A program made the translations under genes and the position numbers. This document shows, in pieces, positions 1-13,280 of a stretch of DNA of 64,000 nucleotides. The first letter of the stretch is position 1. Each line of letters opens with the position of its first letter. The notes below the pieces were generated by a model. The model was not told where the DNA came from. It was given only the letters and a program-made list of their open reading frames with translations, and did not search any database. The stretch is from Laetmonice hystrix (Eukaryota), in the NCBI GenBank assembly GCA_965235115.1, contig OZ249437.1:10850001-10914000 (forward strand), in the 5' to 3' direction.

Positions 1-1705
1 CCTGGTCTGGTCTGGTTCAGGTACAGTAGATCCTGTACCTATAGTCTGTGCTGATTGTGGGGGGTGGGGGTGGAGGGCGGGGTCAGGGGGGGCCTGGTCT
101 GGTCTGGTTCAGGTACAGTAGATCCTGTACCTATAGTCTGTGCTGATTGTGGGGGGTGGGGGTGGAGGGCGGGGTCAGGGGGTGCCTGGTCTGGTCTGGT
201 TCAGGTACAGTAGATCCTGTACATGAAGTCTGTGATGATTGTGGGGGTGGGGTGGTGGAGGGCGGGGTCGAGGGGGGTGCCTGGTCTGGTCTGGTTCAGG
301 TAGAGTAGATCCTGTACCTGAAGTCTGTGATGATTGTGGGCGGTCGGGTGGTGGAGGGCGGGGTCAGGGGGTGCCTGGTCTGGTCTGGTTCAGGTAGAGT
401 AGATCCTGTACCCTGAAGTCTGTGATGATTGTGGGGGGTGAGGTGGTGGAGGGCGGGGTCGAGGGGGGTTCCTGGTCTGGTCTGGTTCAGGTACAGTAGA
501 TCCTGTACATGAAGTCTGTGCTGATTGTGGGGGGTGGGGTGGTGGAGGGCGGGGTCGAGGGGGGTGCCTGGTCTGGTCTGGTTCAGGTACAGTAGATCCT
601 GTACATGAAGTCTGTGCTGATTGTGGGGGGTGGGGTGGTGGAGGGCGGGGTCGAGGGGGGTGCCTGGTCTGGTCTGGTTTAGGTAGAGTAGATCCTGTAC
701 CTGAAGTCTGTGCTGATTGTGGGGGGTGGGGTGGTGGAGGGCGGGGTCGAGGGGGGGGGGGTGCCTGGTCTGGTCTGGTCCAGGTACAGTAGATCCTGTA
801 CATAAAGTCTGTGCTGATTGTGGGGGGTGAGGTGGAGGGCGGGGTCAGGGGGTGCCTGGTCTGGTCTGGTTCAGGTACAGTAGATCCTGTACCTGAAGTC
901 TGTGATGATTGTGGGGGGTGGGGTGGTGGAGGGCGGGGTCGAGGGGGGTGCCTGGTCTGGTCTGGTTCAGGTACAGTAGATCCTGAAGTCTGTGCTGATT
1001 GTGGGGGGTAGTGTGGAGGGCGGGGTCGAGGGGGTGCCTGGTCTGGTCTGGTTCAGGTACAGTAGATCCTGAAGTCTGTGCTGATTGTGGGGGGTAGTGT
1101 GGAGGGCGGGGTCGAGGGGGTGCCTGGTCTGGTCTGGTTCAGGTAGAGTAGATCCTGTACCCTGAAGTCTGTGATGATTGTGGGGGGTGAGGTGGTGGAG
1201 GGCGGGGTCGAGGGGGTGCCTGGTCTGGTCTGGTTCAGGTACAGTAGATCCTGTACATGAAGTCTGTGCTGATTGTGGGGGGTGAGGTGGTGGAGGGCGG
1301 GGTCGAGGGGGTGCCTGGTCTGGTCTGGTCCAGGTACAGTAGATCCTGTACATGAAGTCTGTGCTGATTGTGGGGGGTAGTGTGGGGGGGCGGGGTCGAG
1401 GGGGGTGCCTGGTCTGGTCTGGTTCAGGTACAGTAGATCCTGTACATGAAGTCTGTGCTGATTGTGGGGGGTAGTGTGGGGGGGCGGGGTCGAGGGGGGT
1501 GCCTGGTCTGGTCTGGTTCAGGTACAGTAGATCCTGTACATGAAGTCTGTCCTGATTGTGGGGGGTGGGGTGGTGGAGGTGGGGGGGGGGGGGTCGAGGG
1601 GGGTGCCTGGTCTGGTCTGGTTCAGGTACAGTAGATCCTGTACATGAAGTCTGTGATGATTGTGGGGGGTAGTGTGGAGGGCGGGGTCGAGGGGGGTGCC
1701 TGGTC
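1..1705. repeat. G-rich minisatellite, ~92-bp unit, ~18 copies, truncated by the window start
   Basis: Unit CCTGGTCTGGTCTGGTTCAGGTACAGTAGATCCTGTAC(C/A)TGAAGTCTGTG(C/A)TGATTGTGGGGGGTGGGG..GGAGGGCGGGGTCGAGGGGGGTG recurs with period ~92 (starts at 1 and 93); explains the Pro-rich ORFs at 390-1634. Confidence 0.97.
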
Positions 1706-2315
1706 TATCCCTGGAGACCCGGCGTGTGACCAGGTAAGTTAGGGGAGGTGGGCTGTCAACACTCTACCCTATAGACATCCATCATCTTGTGGTAATACCT
1801 GCTGCACGGAGACAGGCTGACCACCTGTGTGTCGACATAACCCGACCAACACATGGACTCACTGGGACAGTTCGTACACCGGCACTTCCAATGTGCTCCT
1901 CCTATACACAACTCTTAATGTGCGTACAAGTGAACTTTGATACGATTACATGTTTCCCCAATAATTGAGTACAGAGTTTCTCCAGGTACAGTAGAATCTA
2001 CATCAAGATTTACCTATGTCTCTTTTAAAGCATGTGTTAATACAATTCATGGACTCATTATCAAATCGAAAACTTCAACACCTCTTACATACAAGATAAT
2101 ATTGTTAATACTTGCAGTTTGGTATTATATTAGTAGTTTGCCCCAATAAAAACCCAGACTTCGTCTTGGCTGGCATTCCGTGAGAAGTGGAAGATATGGT
2201 AAGAGTTGTCAGGGACCACTGTTGTTCAACATGCTCAAGATATAAATACAAGTACATAAATTATAATTCGGTAAAGTGACGGGAGGAGTTATGTGACCAT
2301 TAAAAACTGATGATA

Positions 2316-3079
2316 CGAACTGTTGAAACCACATTAGACAGGAGGTAAAGTCCCTTCACTAAACGAACCGTTGAAACCACATTAGACAGGAGGTAAAGTC
2401 CATTCACTAAACGAACTGTTGAAACCACATTAGACAGGAGGTAAAGTCCATTCACTAAACGAACCGTTGAAACCACATTAGACAGGAGGTCAAGTCCCTC
2501 CACTAAACGAACCGTTGAAACCACATTAGGCAGGAGGTAAAGTCCCTTCACTAAACGAACTGTTGAAACCACATTAGACAGGTGGTCAAGTCCATTCACT
2601 AAACGAACCGTTGAAACCACATTAAACAGGAGTTGAAGTCCCTTCACTAAACGAACTGTTGAAACCACATTAGACAGGAGTTAAAGTCCCTTCACTAAAC
2701 GAACTGTTGAAACCACATTAGACAGGAGGTAAAGTCCCTTCACTAAACGAACTGTTGAAACCACATTAGACAGGAGGTAAAGTCCCTTCACTAAACGAAC
2801 TGTTGAAACCACATTAGACAGGAGGTAAAGTCCCTTCACTAAACGAGCTGTTGAAACCACATTAGACAGGAGGTCAAGTCCATTCACTAAACGAACCGTT
2901 GAAACCACATTAAACAGGAGTTGACGTCCCTTCACTAAACGAACTGTTGAAACCACATTAGACAGGAGTTGACGTCCCTTCACTAAACGAACTGTTGAAA
3001 CCACATTAAACAGGAGGCCAAGTCCCTTCACTAAGCTATCTTTTGAAACCACATCAGACAGGAGGTCAAGTCCATTCAC
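2316..3079. repeat. 48-bp minisatellite, ~16 copies
   Basis: Unit CCACATTAGACAGGAGGTAAAGTCCCTTCACTAAACGAACTGTTGAAA; gives 16-aa periodic ORFs. Confidence 0.97.
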
Positions 3080-3233
3080 AAAAAGGCCATTAACACTGAG
3101 TAGAACTTTTTAGCCGTCCGAACTGTACCATTGTACCGTCGTACGAACTTCGTAAGGAATGTCCGCGACGTTCGGAGGCGATCGTACGAACTAGAATACT
3201 GTTCACGAACTCCACTCCCACTGCTGCTTACGA

Positions 3234-3934
3234 ATTCGCTAACAGTCGTAAAAACTCATACAAACTTAGTTGATTCGCTAACAGTCGTAAAAACTCAGAC
3301 AAACTTAGTTGATTCGCTAACAGTCGTACAAACTCATACAAACTTAGTTCATTCGCTAACAGTCGTACAAACTCATACAAACTTAGTTCATTCGCTAACA
3401 GTCGTACAAACTCATACAAACTTAGTTCATTCGCTCGCAGTCGTACAAACTCAGACAAACTTAGTTCATTCGCTAACAGTCGTACAAACTCATACAAACT
3501 TAGTTCATTCGCTAACAGTCGTACAAACTCATACAAACTTAGTTCATTCGCTCGCAGTCGTACAAACTCAGACAAACTTAGTTCATTCGCTAACAGTCGT
3601 ACAAACTCAGACAAACTTAGTTCATTCGCTAACAGTCGTACAAACTCATACAAACTTAGTTCATTCGCTAACAGTCGTACAAACTCATACAAACTTAGTT
3701 CATTCGCTAACAGTCGTACAAACTCATACAAACTTAGTTCATTCGCTAACAGTCGTACAAACTCATACAAACTTAGTTCATTCGCTCGCAGTCGTACAAA
3801 CTCAGACAAACTTAGTTCATTCGCTAACAGTCGTACAAACTCATACAAACTTAGTTCATTCGCTAACAGTCGTACAAACTCATACAAACTTAGTTCATTC
3901 GCTCGCAGTCGTACAAACTCAGACAAACGTAGTT
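3234..3934. repeat. 39-bp minisatellite, ~18 copies
   Basis: Unit CGCTAACAGTCGTACAAACTCATACAAACTTAGTTCATT; CCCACTGCTG occurs on both flanks. Confidence 0.97.
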
Positions 3935-4851
3935 CCCACTGCTGGCACCTTATGAAGTGAACGGAATAATGCATGCCCCTTTATACAAATATGAAAAAGG
4001 TGGAGAATCGAAGACAGTATTGATATAATTGACAGTGAAATAAGGGTCACAAATCATTATACATATTGATTTTATTAAGTTTTATTACGACTTAATCAAT
4101 CGTATCTTGTTTTATCCATATACAAACAGGTATTTATAGATCTATGCCTATATGATTATGTTGCATAAAACAGAATGCCCCGTTATAAGAGCCTTTCACT
4201 AAGACTTTATGTGTCCGAGGTGAATTGGCCGCTACATTCAGAGGTGTGTCATTAACCATGATGACTCCATGGGTATACGTGCAGCGAATGTCTAACGTCC
4301 GAACCATTCCAAGAGGCACGTGCGCCATATGCCAGTTGAGTTTCTTCAAAGAGCTACAGACACGTGCATTGCGCGTCCACGACTTGGCAAAGGCGGAGTG
4401 CGTTGTGCTTTTCTGGACAGTGCGCTGCCAAATGCGCTTTTAAAAAGCGTAAAAGTATAGGGTTTGTTTTGTGTGCCAAGTGTTTTGTTTAACGGGTGTT
4501 TCTGGTGTGGTCGGGCGGTGTGTATGGTTTGTCCGCATGAACGCATGGCCGGGAATCTTAAGAATAACAATCGGTGCCAATTGCCAAGGTCGGCTGAGGG
4601 TGGGTAGTACCTGCACAGGTAAACACTGTGTGTGGGCTGGGCACAGACGGGACACAAAGCCATGTGATCATCCGTACTGTTACACTCACCCTCGGGGAAT
4701 TTTATCTACAAAGAATGGAGAGGGGAAAGACAAAGTTTTCCAAGGAGATGCATGTTATTGGAAGACAATGGCAGAAAGGTTACAATTGTTAAAGTTCGTT
4801 GCGTCATAAAGGCAGGCTTAGGTCATGGTCGGAAACTTTGCCTGGGGGGTT

Positions 4852-4882
<31 letters not shown>

Positions 4883-5888
4883 TTACAACAGTCATATAGA
4901 ACTATGTGGGGTTCTTGGTGGATGCTGACAACACAACAGACGAGGTTGCCTTCCCTGACCGGGGAGGTACCAATCACCTGATGCCACCCGAATTTACCCC
5001 GAGTTTCGGTACTTTGTAGGTGTGTCTTCAAACGGGAACGCCGCATGGGGTAGAAACGGTGCCCTCCGAGCCGATCCTGCCATGTCGCGGCGGGGGTGTG
5101 GGTGTGGGGGTGGGTGCGGGGTCCGCTTTGCGCCGTGCTGCTGCCTGCAATGCCTACCTCACAGACGGCATTCGGTCGGCTCGTTTTGCCCCGGGATGCC
5201 GCCGTGGGCAGTCCGGTCGATCAAAGATCCTCTGCCCCGGGGCGGGGCGGCGACCCGCCCGTTCCCACTTTGAGGGTCGGGCGGACGGTGGTCGGCACCT
5301 GGGACCGGTCGGTGGTTGCCCTGGCCAAGGTCCAGCGGCCGGCAGGGGCGTGGTCAGATCAGGGTCGGAGACCTGCGCCACAAAGCATCAACACGTTCTT
5401 TGGTCTGCCGAGCCCGACGCTGGCGGTCGACACAAAGTTTACGTTAACTAGATCAGCCCACAATACGCAGATTCTGGACAAGGTCTACACTTGAAACACA
5501 CTGCGCACTTTTCCAACGAATATGTTATAACTTAATAACATGGTGCACATGGAGAATCTTTCAAACCCAATTACATTAAATCATAACAATAAAAAAATGG
5601 ATAAATCATTGAAAATGTATCAAAAACTCGCTTAAAATATCAAAATTTCAAAAGTTTATCCATTGCGATGTCATGCAGTTCTCCAGTGTAGGTATCATCT
5701 CACCAACATCCCGTTAAAGTTTTGTAAAGGTCGTCTGATCCAACTCGACCTTACGGAGAACGCCGTTTTGGACATGAAAAAATGATGGATAAAAATGGAC
5801 AAAATAACTAATCTGAGGTTTCGATGGAAATCCTATACCAAATTTCCTGTGCCAGTGGCCATTATTACTCGTAGAAAAGTTCTTCTAC

Positions 5889-6050
5889 TTGATGAACTCC
5901 TTTCTTTTCGACGACCTACATCAGCTGTATGGTGTTCTTCCACTTTCGAACAAAATTTCCCTCGAACAAGCCTTTCGAGGATATAAGCATGCAGTCCCAA
6001 CACACAGCTGCCCTCTCAGTGTCGATACATACCGCGAGCCATTTGTGGGT
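5889..6050 (-). pseudogene. Possible decayed TTF-type zinc-finger (hAT transposase-like) fragment
   Basis: Minus-strand translation THKWLAVCIDTERAAVCWDCMLISSKGLFEGNFVRKWKNTIQLM*VVEKKGVHQ resembles the WL..E.A.C..C.L...WK......HE....H pattern, but has a stop and lacks one His; similarity judged by eye only. Confidence 0.25.
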
Positions 6051-8439
6051 CCCTTGTTTTCCATCCTCTGATGTTCCAAAAACGGAGACCTGTTTTGAGG
6101 CGTTCGTTACTTTGAGGTTACTGTTCATACCTTCAGGAGGAGTGTATCACCCTTTGAGCTCCCCCTCCCCTCCCAATCCTTCTCCTCCTCTGGTGTTTTT
6201 CCCCCCTCTGGGTTTCCACAAAGGACACATATATACTTCTCATGACCTGAATTAACGAGCGTCAACTGGTAATGGATTGTTGCAATGGTTGGCCCCTGTC
6301 TCACCCTCAAGTAAAAACTGTGTCTGCGAGTCGTCAAACAAACAACGCTGTAATTAGTGCTTGAAGCAAAGAAAAAAACATTTGCCACCGTCTGACCAAC
6401 AGAAGCGATCACAGAAACAAGTGAGGTCAGTCTGGTAATCGATAAAAAGTATACCAATGTATATGATACCTCGGAGCCGCTGTGTAAGTTTACAGGAATG
6501 TTTGAACCAGTCCGGGTCCGTTTTATTCTCATTTCTCTATGTATCAAGCTTTACTCGAAAACGAAGATTCACTTACCGTTATATATTCGGAACACAAATT
6601 TGTAGGTTTTGTAGGTGTCAAAATGTACATCTCCAGGTAAAGGGTATATAGACAATGCTCGCAATAATCCTGACGTCTTGGGTGCACATACAAGTTTAGG
6701 CCATACGAGTTCTTCCCTTACGGTGCTATCGTCGAGCAAGGAGGCTAAACGAAAAGGTCTGCTCAAATGGCCTCTGAAATATAGCTACCTCCTTATATAG
6801 CCCGCAAAAACCTCGTCTTATACTTTCCTTCCTCGGGAGCTGCCAGAAAAGACATCTGTAGATACCGGTTTGATTCAGCGAAGCCCATGGCATCATCATC
6901 GTCAGAAAGATACATGGTCAATGTCTGGTGGCCAAAAGGCCCTCAGCCCTGAGAGGCCCTCGGTGGCCCTCGGAGGCCCTCTGGTCTGTCTCGACAGCCC
7001 CCTCCCTCTCTGTGCATGCAGGCAGACAACTAGTGGCACCCTAGGGGCATGACCTTGCCTTTGTATGTAATCCTTGGTGATTCTTTACTTTGGCGATCCT
7101 TGATGTTTGATGATCCTTGCGGGTGATACTGGTTGTTTTCTCCCCTAGCTGTAACCGACACCTCCTCGTGGGTGGTGCTGGCGGCTGGTCGACCAGATGG
7201 TAAAGTTCTTCATGGTGACAGATTTCTACTCGTTGTCTTTAGCACCGGAGAATATCGTGGTGCAGGGAATAACAGGTCGAAAACTAAAACTTGAAATAAA
7301 AAGGGAGGGGAGAAAACACCTTCATCTCTTCGGAAGACGTGAAGTGCCATCCTTGGGTTTAGTTTACAAAGCAGATTGAAACCACACATGGGCACACAGA
7401 TAATAAAGATTCTTCACACCTTGTGGAGTGTATAAACACGTATAATAAAAGGAAGAATAATAGGCCTAATCGAAACGTTTGATTCTGTCGATTAGAATAT
7501 CACTATACTCTGCAGAAATTAACAGATAACATATTATAGCATTACATATTTGATCAAAGAACACAAAAGTAAGGACCCGGTTTCTATATAGTTGAAAGAA
7601 ACTAATATGTCATTATGCGCGCATGCTCTGCAGCACTTTCTGCTATATCGACGCCTAAATCCATATCAGTGGCGTGAAGGTTGTAAAAGTTTCCGCAGGC
7701 ACCCGCTTCAAATGCACGCAGGGTTATACAAGCCTGTCACCTTAGCCTTCATTCGTTTCGTAAAATAACGATCTAAATCAAAATAATCGCATCCGGGAGG
7801 CACCCCCGGAGACGGCAGACAGGATCAGAGACAGTTACGGAGGGACTAATCTTAGAGGATGCCACAGCCCTGAGGACAGACACCTGAAGGGCCACTCGAC
7901 GTCCTGCCGAGATGAGAGACACGCCTCATTCAATGACACCCAAGGTCACAATTCATGCCATGGCGTCTCCCAACCCATCATCGATTACCAACCACGCCAA
8001 GCATACATGTCAGGCTCACGGGAAACAGCAGAAAAGTTCTTCGTTTATAGACATAGCTTTTTTTAAACGAAAATCTCTTGAGTGGCACCTAGGGCGACTC
8101 ATCAGTTCTGTGGATGCGTTGTTTCGCCGTCTCTAGGCTTTATAGGCCTATCTTGACAGAAGCCTTGGGCCTGTGTCAAATTCAGTTCCGGCATCGAATT
8201 GAAAACACTCGCCATATTTATAAACACTGGAGGGTTTTTAGGGCTGACACAAGCAGTCGCTAGTTTTACTTGAGGCCCATCTTCTGCAGGCATAGATCTA
8301 TAAGATACACCCATGACCTAGCGTCAGGGGAGGATCCAGGGGGTAGAGGCGCACCCCCTTTTTCAGTGAAAAAAAAGAAGATAAAAAGGGCATGTACCCA
8401 GACTCCGCGCAGCCGCTGCTATAGTTTACCACTCAGACC

Positions 8440-8635
8440 CAGGGGCGGATCTAGGGTCTACATTCAGGGGGGGGGGGGGTCCAAGGGGGGTCCAGCATAA
8501 AAAGGGCAAATCCAGGGGGGTCCGTTGTAAAAACAATAAGGCATTTTGGTTATAAAAAATTAAATTTGGCAAATTTGAGGGGGGGGGGGTCCGGACGTCG
8601 CCGACACCCCCCCCCCCCCCCTGGATCCGCCTATG
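8440..8635. mobile_element. MITE, CAGGGGCGGATC...GATCCGCCTATG ends, 5-bp TSD AGACC
   Basis: Imperfect TIRs; AGACC at 8435-8439 and 8636-8640. Confidence 0.8.
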
Positions 8636-9148
8636 AGACCTCAAGCCCCCACTTTCCAAAATATCTGCCCAGAAAGGACCCCCTAGAAGAATGGATCTAG
8701 AGCTTAGGCCTACCACACAACCGTGAGGCGGAGCTTACTTGTAGAAGGGGTGGGGCCTCAAGAACTCTAAACCTATGTTACCGGAGAGACGTTATAATAC
8801 TTTTAAGGATTTATTTTTTAATTTCTTTTCAAATCAAATTCCGAACTCCTCAGACGTTGCAGCGAAGCGAGTACTGTCATTTCTGTATACTACTACGACT
8901 ACGAGTAGGAGTGTGACCGTGTGACCCAGTTTGACAGCTCTCTGCCGGCAGGCTACGGCTACGCTGGTGCTCAAGTCTGTTTGCTTGTCCCGCTTTAGGA
9001 TTTGCTGCGTTTATACCTCTCGCCCTTAGTTCTAAAGCACTGCCCATCAAGACCTTACGAATCTCTGCTAGTTTCGGCGATGTCACCCCCGAACTCAGCG
9101 AAGTGAAGATCGCGCGGGAAAGGTTTGAACAGAGCAGGTGCCCGCCGA

Positions 9149-9171
9149 GCATGCGCCGTGTGAACTTCCGG
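9149..9171 (+). promoter_or_regulatory. MRPL15 proximal promoter motifs (NRF1-like and ETS)
   Basis: GCATGCGC at 9149-9156 and ACTTCCGG at 9164-9171, 24-46 bp upstream of the ATG. Confidence 0.55.
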
Positions 9172-9194
9172 AATAAGCCGGCCATCCTCCAAGC

Positions 9195-9293
9195 ATGGCG
9201 ATGGGCAGCATCGACAAGGCGCTGTCAATGTTAAAAAACCTGCCAAGGGTGTCGCTATCCAACCTTCAACCGTTACCGGGGACGCGTACAAAG
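9195..9293 (+). CDS. MRPL15: Mitochondrial ribosomal protein uL15m, exon 1
   Basis: MAMGSIDKALSMLKNLPRVSLSNLQPLPGTRTK, matching the MRPL15 N-terminal LPRVSLxNL motif; donor AAG|GTATGC, phase 0. Confidence 0.92.
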
Positions 9294-9677
9294 GTATGCT
9301 GTATACAAAGAATTGCTGATGCGAAGACATCGTAGCACTGCAAGTGTGAAATATAGCCTTGTAGCGTAGTCGACACTGCACCCCACTCGGTAGTGGCAGT
9401 GGCACTGACTGCACCACTGTCATCACAACCCATGTCAACACAACAGTGCCCTGACCTGAGTGGGACAAGTAGTGCGTGCTTGTTCTAACAAACACCTTAC
9501 GATTTAGGAAGCTCAGTTATAATGTTGTCGGGTCAGGTTTGAATGCCTTGTAATATTGACTAGACACGAGTCAAAGTGTACTGTTGTCAGTGGACGGGAG
9601 TATGTATGTAGGCTTACCATAGCTATGGCTATATTATCGCCCCTACCTTATCTTATGTTTGAGACTGAGAGTTTGAC

Positions 9678-10157
9678 TAAAGCCACCCTGACACTTGCAC
9701 GATTTTTGTTCCCGAAATGGCACGCACTTCGGCGTGCCAATGATTAAATTCTTCGAGAATGAGTGTGAAGGGTGTGGGGGTGTGTGGCATGTCATAGAGA
9801 AAATTCCAAATGTTCAAAAATTTGGCACGCATCAATGTTCGTGCCATGTGCGTGCCACTTGCACGAACCATGTCACGTGTGAACACTGTGCGAACTCGGC
9901 GTAAACACTGCCGACGGTGCGTGAAGACAGCAGGACATTGCGCAAACAATACTTAACCTATGCATAAACAAGTCATGCCAATGCGTGCCAATTTTTGGCC
10001 TCGCATTGCGTAGACAGTCCGTAACTAAGCGTGTACAGTGCGTGAACCGGGCGCCAACAGGGCTTCACACTGTGTACCACCGAAATGGCACACCTTGCCA
10101 CGACGCATTGCGCGGCATTGCGGGGACAAAAATTGTGCAAGAGTCTGGGTGGCTTTA
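9678..10157. mobile_element. MITE, ~480 bp, ~40-bp imperfect TIRs
   Basis: TAAAGCCACCCTGACACTTGCACGATTTTTGTTCCCG vs reverse complement of right end TAAAGCCACCCAGACTCTTGCACAATTTTTGTCCCCG; TA or TWA target ambiguous. Confidence 0.75.
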
Positions 10158-10223
10158 CCCTCAAGACTCGAGCTCATACACACAGGTAGCTGGCCATTCC
10201 ACAAGACTATAATTTACGCCATG

Positions 10224-10446
10224 TATATTTAGCCGGCATTTGGCAGGGTCATGAGACCATTAAGTTTCAATCCCATTGGATAATGCTCTACAATAAATAA
10301 CCGGCTAACACCTAAATTCCTAATTAACACCAAATTGAAAACAAAAATGAAACTAACCCTAGACCTGACCCTAACTTAAATCCAAACAATTTGTTTGGAT
10401 TCAGTAATTCGTCATAATCTTATTTAGCCGTTGCCAGCTAAATATA
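10224..10446. mobile_element. Small TIR element with internal CTAACC-like repeats
   Basis: TATATTTAGCCGGCA ... TGCCAGCTAAATATA inverted ends. Confidence 0.55.
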
Positions 10447-12409
10447 GCACACTATCTATAATTTAATTAAATGGCTAGGGTAGGATAGTATCATCTTTGA
10501 AGAATCCCAGAGGAAGATGTGGTTACCACACATTTAATTTAGTAAATTTTCTTGCAAAGCCAAAAGACTGGCTAAAAAATATGTCATAATTAATTGTTTT
10601 TCTTCATGAAATGGGAAGTGCCCAGAAAAAATTGAGTGCTGGGTGGTAGTTGTGCACAGAGCCAGAATATTATTTTCAACTAGAGAGGGAACCATATAAT
10701 TTATCAAATTTATTTATAAAATCTTCCTAACCCCATTGTGGTTAGCGCAGTTAGGAAGGAATGAACAAGAAATGATTAAAAAAAAGTTATTATGAACACA
10801 AATTTATCAGATAGGCCTTCAAGAATAAAAATTCCTGCCGGGCGGCACTTGAACCATTTTAGTTTTGTGCAGGGCAGGTAAAATCAGCGGCGTGGGCATA
10901 TGCTTTTTGGCATATTGGCGGAGCACAGTGAGGTCTGACCCAGATATGTACTCCGTACTTTACCCAGTGCAATAATGTGTTTATAACGTCCTTAGATTAA
11001 CCTTCATGATAGAATTTTCTACCAGCTAAACACTCTATACCAAACACTAAATCAAGTATTTGATTACACATAATACCAAACACTAAATCAAGTATTTGAT
11101 TACACATACCATCCTGAACTTGATGGTAGGTCAGTAAAACGTAAACAACAACAAAACAGTGCCGGTATGTGCAAACACGTGTGGCAAAACAGTGCCAGTA
11201 TGTGCAAACACGTGTGGCAAATAACAGGTGTACCAGTTACCTGCTTTGTTTTATCCGAAGTCAGCTAAAGGTGTAACCCTGCTGGCTATAAACATTAAGT
11301 GCAGTCCTTAAATTCTCAGTTATTTTTCTGTTTAAACAAGAACACTTGATTCCCGTCTCCAGAATCCATTTTTTATGGTCCCTAAGTACATTGAAGTGGG
11401 TTGTACATATAATTTACCAGGACTGTGAAACTCGCGTCACATCCCTGGTCCAGGTATACATGTATTATTATAAGTCCCTTACCCTTCCTGGATGTCAACA
11501 TGTATACACCTCTCCCACCCACCCAGTTCCCGACCAACCTACACCAAGCCCTTTTTCTTCCATCAATCACAGTTATCAGATGGGGCCAGGCGCCGTGCCT
11601 GACCGGCCCTACATAACTGCCACAGCTGAGAGGTTAATTTACCTGGTGGATTCCCCAAGATTATATGTGCCGCCCACACAGATATGCCCTAATTAATTAA
11701 TTTGTGTGTTCCTCCCCGCCTACGCCATGTTTGGTGTGCAGAACAACAACAAAAACATAAAATTTGCGGGTCTGGTTACCACTCAGCCACGAAAGATGTA
11801 AGATCTCAAAACAAATGGCAAATACAAGTAGACGATGTTCTTTTGGTTGTGTATTCACATGCATTTGACATTCATGGTGAGAAGTAGCGGCTCCAGTTTG
11901 CCGGGGAAGGGGGAGGGGTTATTCTTGGGTTTAAGCTGCCGCCCCAGCGTACTTTCTAAGATTATTAAAGTTTTTCTCAGGATCAGTCTATAGTGAGGGA
12001 AAGAAAAATACCACCAGGGTGACAGAACTCAGCCAGTATTCTTAGGTGCTCGAGGCGTCTCCTCCACATACTCGAAATGACTTGGCTAGCACACACAATG
12101 TAGATTTTTTTGGGGGGTGGGGGGGGGGGGGGTGGTGGTTCTGTAGCACCTGGCTATCACACCCAATGTATATTTGAAAACGTTTGCAACCTGAAAGGTT
12201 TTTTTTGGGGGGGGTGGGGGTGGGGGGTGGGGGGGGGGGTGGGGGTGGTTCTGTAGCAGCGCAGTCAGGCTGGACACAAATTCCAAGTTGATTTCATGAT
12301 TGACATAACTAATGACCTAAATTGAATGGGTTAGTATAAATCGGAGCAAGAGCTCTTTGTCTTCCTAAGCCAGTTTATTAACTAATTTATTAATTAATCT
12401 ATTTTATAG

Positions 12410-12564
12410 AGAGCTACTCCCCGAGGTCGACATGCAGGTCGACACAACGGTCGTGGTAAGAGCGGTCAGGCCAAACGAAACACCCTCCCACGGCTGGGGT
12501 TCGAAGGGAACAACACCCCTTTCTACCTGCTCATCCCGAAGGAACCCTACTACAAGGGACACCA
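12410..12564 (+). CDS. MRPL15: MRPL15 exon 2
   Basis: TTTTATAG| RATPRGRHAGRHNGRGKSGQAKRNTLPRLGFEGNNTPFYLLIPKEPYYKGH; CA|GTAAGT, phase 2; conserved RLGFEGxxTPFY. Confidence 0.95.
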
Positions 12565-13280
12565 GTAAGTCAGCTCCTTCTTATCTCTGGTAACCATGCC
12601 GAGTCTTTTCCGGATCAACAGAACTGGGTTCCAATTAGTAATTCGTGCACTGTGCATAGTTTTCTCTGCTTTCTCCTCCAGCATCATCATTAGTTAATTA
12701 CAGCCTTTAAAACAGTGAATAATTAGAGAAAAAGTGGTGTATCGTTACGTTGTGAACAGTTCTAGGGCCAGGGACTTGATCTATTTCACTGAGATGTCAA
12801 CAGCCCATGCAGTAAAGGTCAGTCTAGACGTCACCGTGTGTAGGCCATTACAAAATCAGATTGTTTTTTGGTACTGATAGTAAGTTCCATCAGTTTACTG
12901 GCTAGTCCTCGTGCGGGGTTTTTGCTGCCCTCCTCATGGACTGGCATGGGACAAAGTAAGCTATTTCAGAAAAAGGTCGGCCTTGTCACCTGTTGCATGG
13001 CCTGGGGAGGATGGCCGGTGGTAGGACACTGCTCAGCCTGGGGGCTGGCCAATAAAACAGGATCATAGACATATAACAGGGTGATTTATATGATAACATA
13101 TGTCATAACATTAAGTGTAGAGACACAGGTATGTGTAATCAGTGTGGTATAGCTTTGAAAACACCTTATGGTTAATTAATGAATTAATGGTTAATGTATA
13201 TGAGCATAAACGTCTGAGCAGCCCTAGGCATACGTTAGCATCGGTCAGATTGTCGTGCTGTGAGTGACTGATCCTTGGTA

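Noticed and set aside
1710-1740. Exon ending at the perfect donor CAG|GTAAGT (1733)
   Set aside because: No supportable acceptor or coding similarity
5400-5494. LINE endonuclease-like TRSAHNTQILDKVYT fragment
   Set aside because: Only a short motif resemblance; no flanking endonuclease or RT motifs found
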